This document shows, piece after piece, positions 60,834 to 64,000 of a stretch of DNA of 64,000 nt (the stretch's first letter is position 1; each line of letters begins with the position of its first letter). The position numbers and the translations under genes were made by a program. Source of the stretch: Lysobacterales bacterium (GTDB lineage Bacteria; Pseudomonadota; Gammaproteobacteria; Xanthomonadales; SZUA-36). The DNA lies in assembly GCA_029859645.1 (NCBI GenBank), contig JAOUCS010000007.1, positions 1,740-65,739 on the forward strand, given 5' to 3'. The notes beneath the pieces were generated by a model. The model was not told the origin of the DNA and searched no databases. It was given only the letters and a program-made list of their open reading frames with translations.

Positions 60834-61982
60834 GTGAGTTTTTCCGCCCGTATCGTTTCTGATTTCAATTCGATCTCGCCGGATCAGTGGGGTCAGCTGG
60901 GCCATGCGGGCAATCCGTTCCTGTCCCATGCGTTTCTGGCCAGCCTGGAATCCAGTGGCTGTATCGGCCCTGCCGTGGGCTGGGTTCCACACCACCTGGC
61001 GCTGTTCGAACAGGAACGGCTGGTGGCCTTTGCTCCCAGCTACATCAAGACCAATTCCCACGGGGAGTTCGTATTTGACTGGGCCTGGGCGGATGCTTTT
61101 CAGCGCCATGGCCTACCCTATTACCCCAAGCTGCTGACGGCTGTTCCGTATTCACCGGTGACAGGCCCCCGGCTGCTCACGGCAAAAGACCACCCCGCGC
61201 AAGCAATCCTCGCGGAACAACTGCTCGAGTTTGCCCTGCAGCAGTGTGATCGTGCAGGATTTTCCTCCTGGCATTGCAATTTTCTGCTCGAAGAGGAACA
61301 GTCGGTTTTTGCAGGTGACGAGACGCTCGCCCGTTCTGACTGGCAGTTTCACTGGCACAACCGGGGTTACCGGACGTTTGATGACTTCCTGCTGCAACTG
61401 CGCTCGCGCAAGCGCAAGAACATCCGGCGGGAGCGACGACAGGTCCAGCAGGCCGGCATCCGGTTTGACTGGAAGAGCGGTTCACAGGTCGACTCAGAAG
61501 ATCTCCAATTCATTCATCGATGCTATATCAGCACATTTCATGCCTATGGCAATCACCCCGTTTTGAACGAGTCCTTTTTTGGCAAGCTGGCTGATGGGCT
61601 GCAAGAAGGTTTCCAGGTGTGTATAGCCAGCCGCGAAGGCGAGCCACTGGCGATGAGTTTGTTCCTCAGCGGCGGCGGCCGGCTGTATGGCAGGTACTGG
61701 GGTTGCCTGGAAGATATTCCCGCGCTGCATTTCGAATCGGCTTATTACCAGGGTATTGAATACGCCATTCGCAATGGCATCGAAGTGTTTGAGTCCGGCG
61801 CCCAGGGGGAACACAAGGTCGCTCGTGGCTTCATGCCGGAGAAAACCCGGTCGTTTCATTACATCAGGAACGAATCTTTTCGCACAGCAATCGCTACTTT
61901 TCTGGAGCGCGAGCAGCACTGGCTGGATGACTATCGGGATGAACTGCTCAGGCACAGCCCGTACCGGCAGCCGGAGTCATGA
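60834..61982 (+). CDS. GNAT/FemAB-like N-acetyltransferase family protein (DUF482-type)
   Basis: 382 aa. FVFDWAWADAF...YGRYWG are motifs of the DUF482/BioF2-like acyltransferase family as I recall it. It has a GTG start. Confidence 0.6.
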   Translation: MSFSARIVSDFNSISPDQWGQLGHAGNPFLSHAFLASLESSGCIGPAVGWVPHHLALFEQERLVAFAPSYIKTNSHGEFVFDWAWADAFQRHGLPYYPKLLTAVPYSPVTGPRLLTAKDHPAQAILAEQLLEFALQQCDRAGFSSWHCNFLLEEEQSVFAGDETLARSDWQFHWHNRGYRTFDDFLLQLRSRKRKNIRRERRQVQQAGIRFDWKSGSQVDSEDLQFIHRCYISTFHAYGNHPVLNESFFGKLADGLQEGFQVCIASREGEPLAMSLFLSGGGRLYGRYWGCLEDIPALHFESAYYQGIEYAIRNGIEVFESGAQGEHKVARGFMPEKTRSFHYIRNESFRTAIATFLEREQHWLDDYRDELLRHSPYRQPES

Positions 61983-62719
61983 AAAACATCCTGCAACTGC
62001 CGCAACTGGGCCCGGACCCTTTATCGCCCTTTCCACCACCAGGCGCGGCCCTGGAATCACCGAACGGTCTATTGGCCTGGGGCGGCGACCTGCACCCGGA
62101 CCGTCTTCTACGGGCTTACCGGCAGGGCATTTTTCCGTGGTATTCGGAAGGCCAGCCAATCCTGTGGTGGAGCCCCGCGCCGCGTTGTGTGCTCTATCCT
62201 GCCAGGGTGTACCTGTCCCGCCGGACCCGGCGACGCTACAACAATGGTGGCTACAAACTGAGCGTAAATACTGCTTTCGACGCGGTCATTACGGCCTGCG
62301 CCGGGCCACGGGCAGACGGCAGCGGTACCTGGATTACACCGGAAATGAAGGATGCCTATCTCCGGCTACATCACCTGGGGCATGCCCACTCCCTGGAAGT
62401 GTGGAAGGATGAACGGCTGGCCGGTGGCATCTACGGCCTGGCGGCGGGACGATTGTTTTTTGGCGAGTCGATGTTCAGCCGTCAGACCGACGGCAGCAAG
62501 ATCGCCCTGGTTGCACTGTGTCACCTGTTGCTAAAGCACGGTTACGAATTGCTCGACTGCCAGGTGGGAAACCCACATCTTTATTCCATGGGCGCCGAGG
62601 ACATCAGCAGGGAAGCTTTTCAGTCCATGCTGGAAAACCAACCAGACAACCAGGCAAGGCTGTTCGATTGGCAGGCAGGACCGGTAACGGAAAACCACTG
62701 GCAGGAGAGACCCGGCTGA
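61979..62719 (+). CDS. aat: Leucyl/phenylalanyl-tRNA--protein transferase
   Basis: GLLAWGGDL..LLRAYRQGIFPW..ILWWSP..HSLEVW..LAGGIYG..FFGESMF. Confidence 0.92.
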   Translation: MKNILQLPQLGPDPLSPFPPPGAALESPNGLLAWGGDLHPDRLLRAYRQGIFPWYSEGQPILWWSPAPRCVLYPARVYLSRRTRRRYNNGGYKLSVNTAFDAVITACAGPRADGSGTWITPEMKDAYLRLHHLGHAHSLEVWKDERLAGGIYGLAAGRLFFGESMFSRQTDGSKIALVALCHLLLKHGYELLDCQVGNPHLYSMGAEDISREAFQSMLENQPDNQARLFDWQAGPVTENHWQERPG

Positions 62720-62743
62720 GGCTAAGGCAAATCCGGGAAGCCG

Positions 62744-63619
62744 TCAGTTCCTGAACAGGCTTTGGAAACGCTGCAGGGTTTCTTCGTCCAGGTCACCCCT
62801 TTCCTGCGCCAGCTCCAGTACCGTTCTTGCCAGAACCCGGTAAACGTCTATGTCTTCCGGATGCGAATGCCGAATCGCACCCAGATGTGCTTCGATCGTA
62901 CTGGTGTCGCCGCGGACGACCGGCCCGGTGATCGTTTTCTTTGCGCCGGCGCGAGCCAGGTCGACCATCGTGCTCTGCAGTAACTGGTGCGTGACCGTAG
63001 CGGCGGTAGCCGCAGGCAGCCCGGCTTTTTGTTGCCACTTTTGCGCCTTCCAGGCCACAGCCTTGGTAATATTACTGACAATACTGACCGACGCGTGATA
63101 CAGGCCCCTGTTGATGGAGTCCACCGGCAACCAGCTGCCGCCGATCGAGGTTATCAATGGCTGGAGCCGGTCCAGCGCCGCTGACGAGCCTTCAGCCACA
63201 CAGGCCGTGCCCCTGAATTCCTCCACGGTTAGTTTTGCATCAGTCAGTGAGCGGACCGGGTGCAGGGCTGCCAGGCAAGCGCCTGTCTTTGCCAGTGGCT
63301 CAAGCACCTCCAGTCCGAAACGCCCGGCCAGGTGAAAGACGACCGACCGCTCCAGTCCGGTCACGCTGTCGGCCAGCAACTCAGCCAGGTCTTCAATACG
63401 ATCATCGTTGGCGCCAATCAGCCAGTATTCAGCCCGACTCATCGAAGAAACTGCCGTTACGGCATGGCCGGCCCCGGTTCGTGTGACCGCCCGTTCAGCG
63501 CTTTCAAACGTGCGGTTAATCACATCACCGATGCAGACTGAGCCCGCCTCAACCCACAGCCTGGCAAGGCTTCCGGCGGCCCGGCCACAGCCAATGATGT
63601 TGATACGTCCCAGGTCCAT
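62744..63619 (-). CDS. Rossmann-fold oxidoreductase-like protein with DUF2520 C-terminal domain
   Basis: N-terminal INIIGCGRAAGSLA dinucleotide-binding motif, 291 aa. Confidence 0.6.
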   Translation of the reverse strand: MDLGRINIIGCGRAAGSLARLWVEAGSVCIGDVINRTFESAERAVTRTGAGHAVTAVSSMSRAEYWLIGANDDRIEDLAELLADSVTGLERSVVFHLAGRFGLEVLEPLAKTGACLAALHPVRSLTDAKLTVEEFRGTACVAEGSSAALDRLQPLITSIGGSWLPVDSINRGLYHASVSIVSNITKAVAWKAQKWQQKAGLPAATAATVTHQLLQSTMVDLARAGAKKTITGPVVRGDTSTIEAHLGAIRHSHPEDIDVYRVLARTVLELAQERGDLDEETLQRFQSLFRN

Positions 63620-64000
63620 TCAGCCGCTTTCCTGCTGTTGATCGGCAATCATGAAGTAGATATGGGTAATAATTTCAGAAGCCGGCATCTGGCCTGGATC
63701 AGAAATGTAGTGTTCCCAGCTCACGCGCCCCTCTTCCAACTGGTTAGCGGCCATGAAAGCCGATAGCTTCTCATAACTCAGGCCCATCGAGTCATAGGAA
63801 CCCTTGTGAACCACCCGCACCGCAAGGCCGGCTGGCGACTGGCCAACCTGCACATTTCCGGCAACGCGAACATCGGTTGAAGAGACTGGAATCGCAGCCT
63901 CGAACGAGTAATCCCGGGCATCCCAGCCACGCGTAATCGCCATCGGCTGCGCCGTCATTTCAATACCATGCTCAGTCATGAAGGCGACGATTTCCTGGTA
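63620..64000 (-). CDS. GyrI-like small-molecule-binding domain protein, 5'-truncated by the window edge
   Basis: The reading frame stays open to the window end. The C-terminus WEHYISDPG..P.SEIITHIYFMI is typical of GyrI-like/SOUL effector-binding domains. Confidence 0.5.
   Translation of the reverse strand, partial: YQEIVAFMTEHGIEMTAQPMAITRGWDARDYSFEAAIPVSSTDVRVAGNVQVGQSPAGLAVRVVHKGSYDSMGLSYEKLSAFMAANQLEEGRVSWEHYISDPGQMPASEIITHIYFMIADQQQESG

Overview
The window looks like a moderately GC-rich gammaproteobacterial chromosome segment, called from motifs I recognise by eye with no database search. It is mostly conserved housekeeping genes. From about 13.3 kb to 47.3 kb, 36 of 37 CDS are on the minus strand: AI-2E and MFS transporters, an outer-membrane barrel, the complete cbb3 oxidase system (ccoNOQP-ccoGHIS), HiPIP, a FixL/FixJ oxygen-sensing pair, sdhCDAB-sdhE-ygfX, ispG, pgsA, uvrC, kdsB, lpxK, msbA, exbBD, comEC, lolD plus one lolC/E permease, and rluC. 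These are followed by rne, gacA/uvrY, a 910-aa repeat protein, tRNA-Ser(UGA), yccA, serS, lolA, ftsK, trxB and aat. The left 13 kb is accessory-like, with a TPR protein, two MBL-fold proteins, nested IS3/IS110 debris, a Sel1-SPOR protein with a perfect 18-bp tandem repeat, a P4-type tyrosine integrase next to an AT-rich junction, and a translationally coupled block of two LssY-like lipoproteins plus egtB and egtD. The most important signal is not an ORF. A near-canonical 28-bp XerC/XerD dif site lies at 13270-13297 and matches E. coli dif at 25 of 28 positions. Gene orientation and KOPS-like octamer polarity both switch there, so the window probably spans the replication terminus. All candidate start codons of the adjacent LssY-like gene lie inside dif. 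Other points worth a second look are the LssY-like/ergothioneine operon, a heme-PAS FixL coupled to ygfX/sdhE, a receiver protein with Glu at the phospho-acceptor position, a HiPIP gene followed by an intrinsic terminator just upstream of ccoN, an 81-aa CcoH, a 910-aa secreted protein with two 133-aa repeats next to tRNA-Ser, an RCC1 gene fragment abutting that tRNA, and an 18-bp duplication at the ftsK/lolA junction. No CRISPR array, rRNA or recognisable defence system was seen. Many start codons are inferred and may be off by a few codons.
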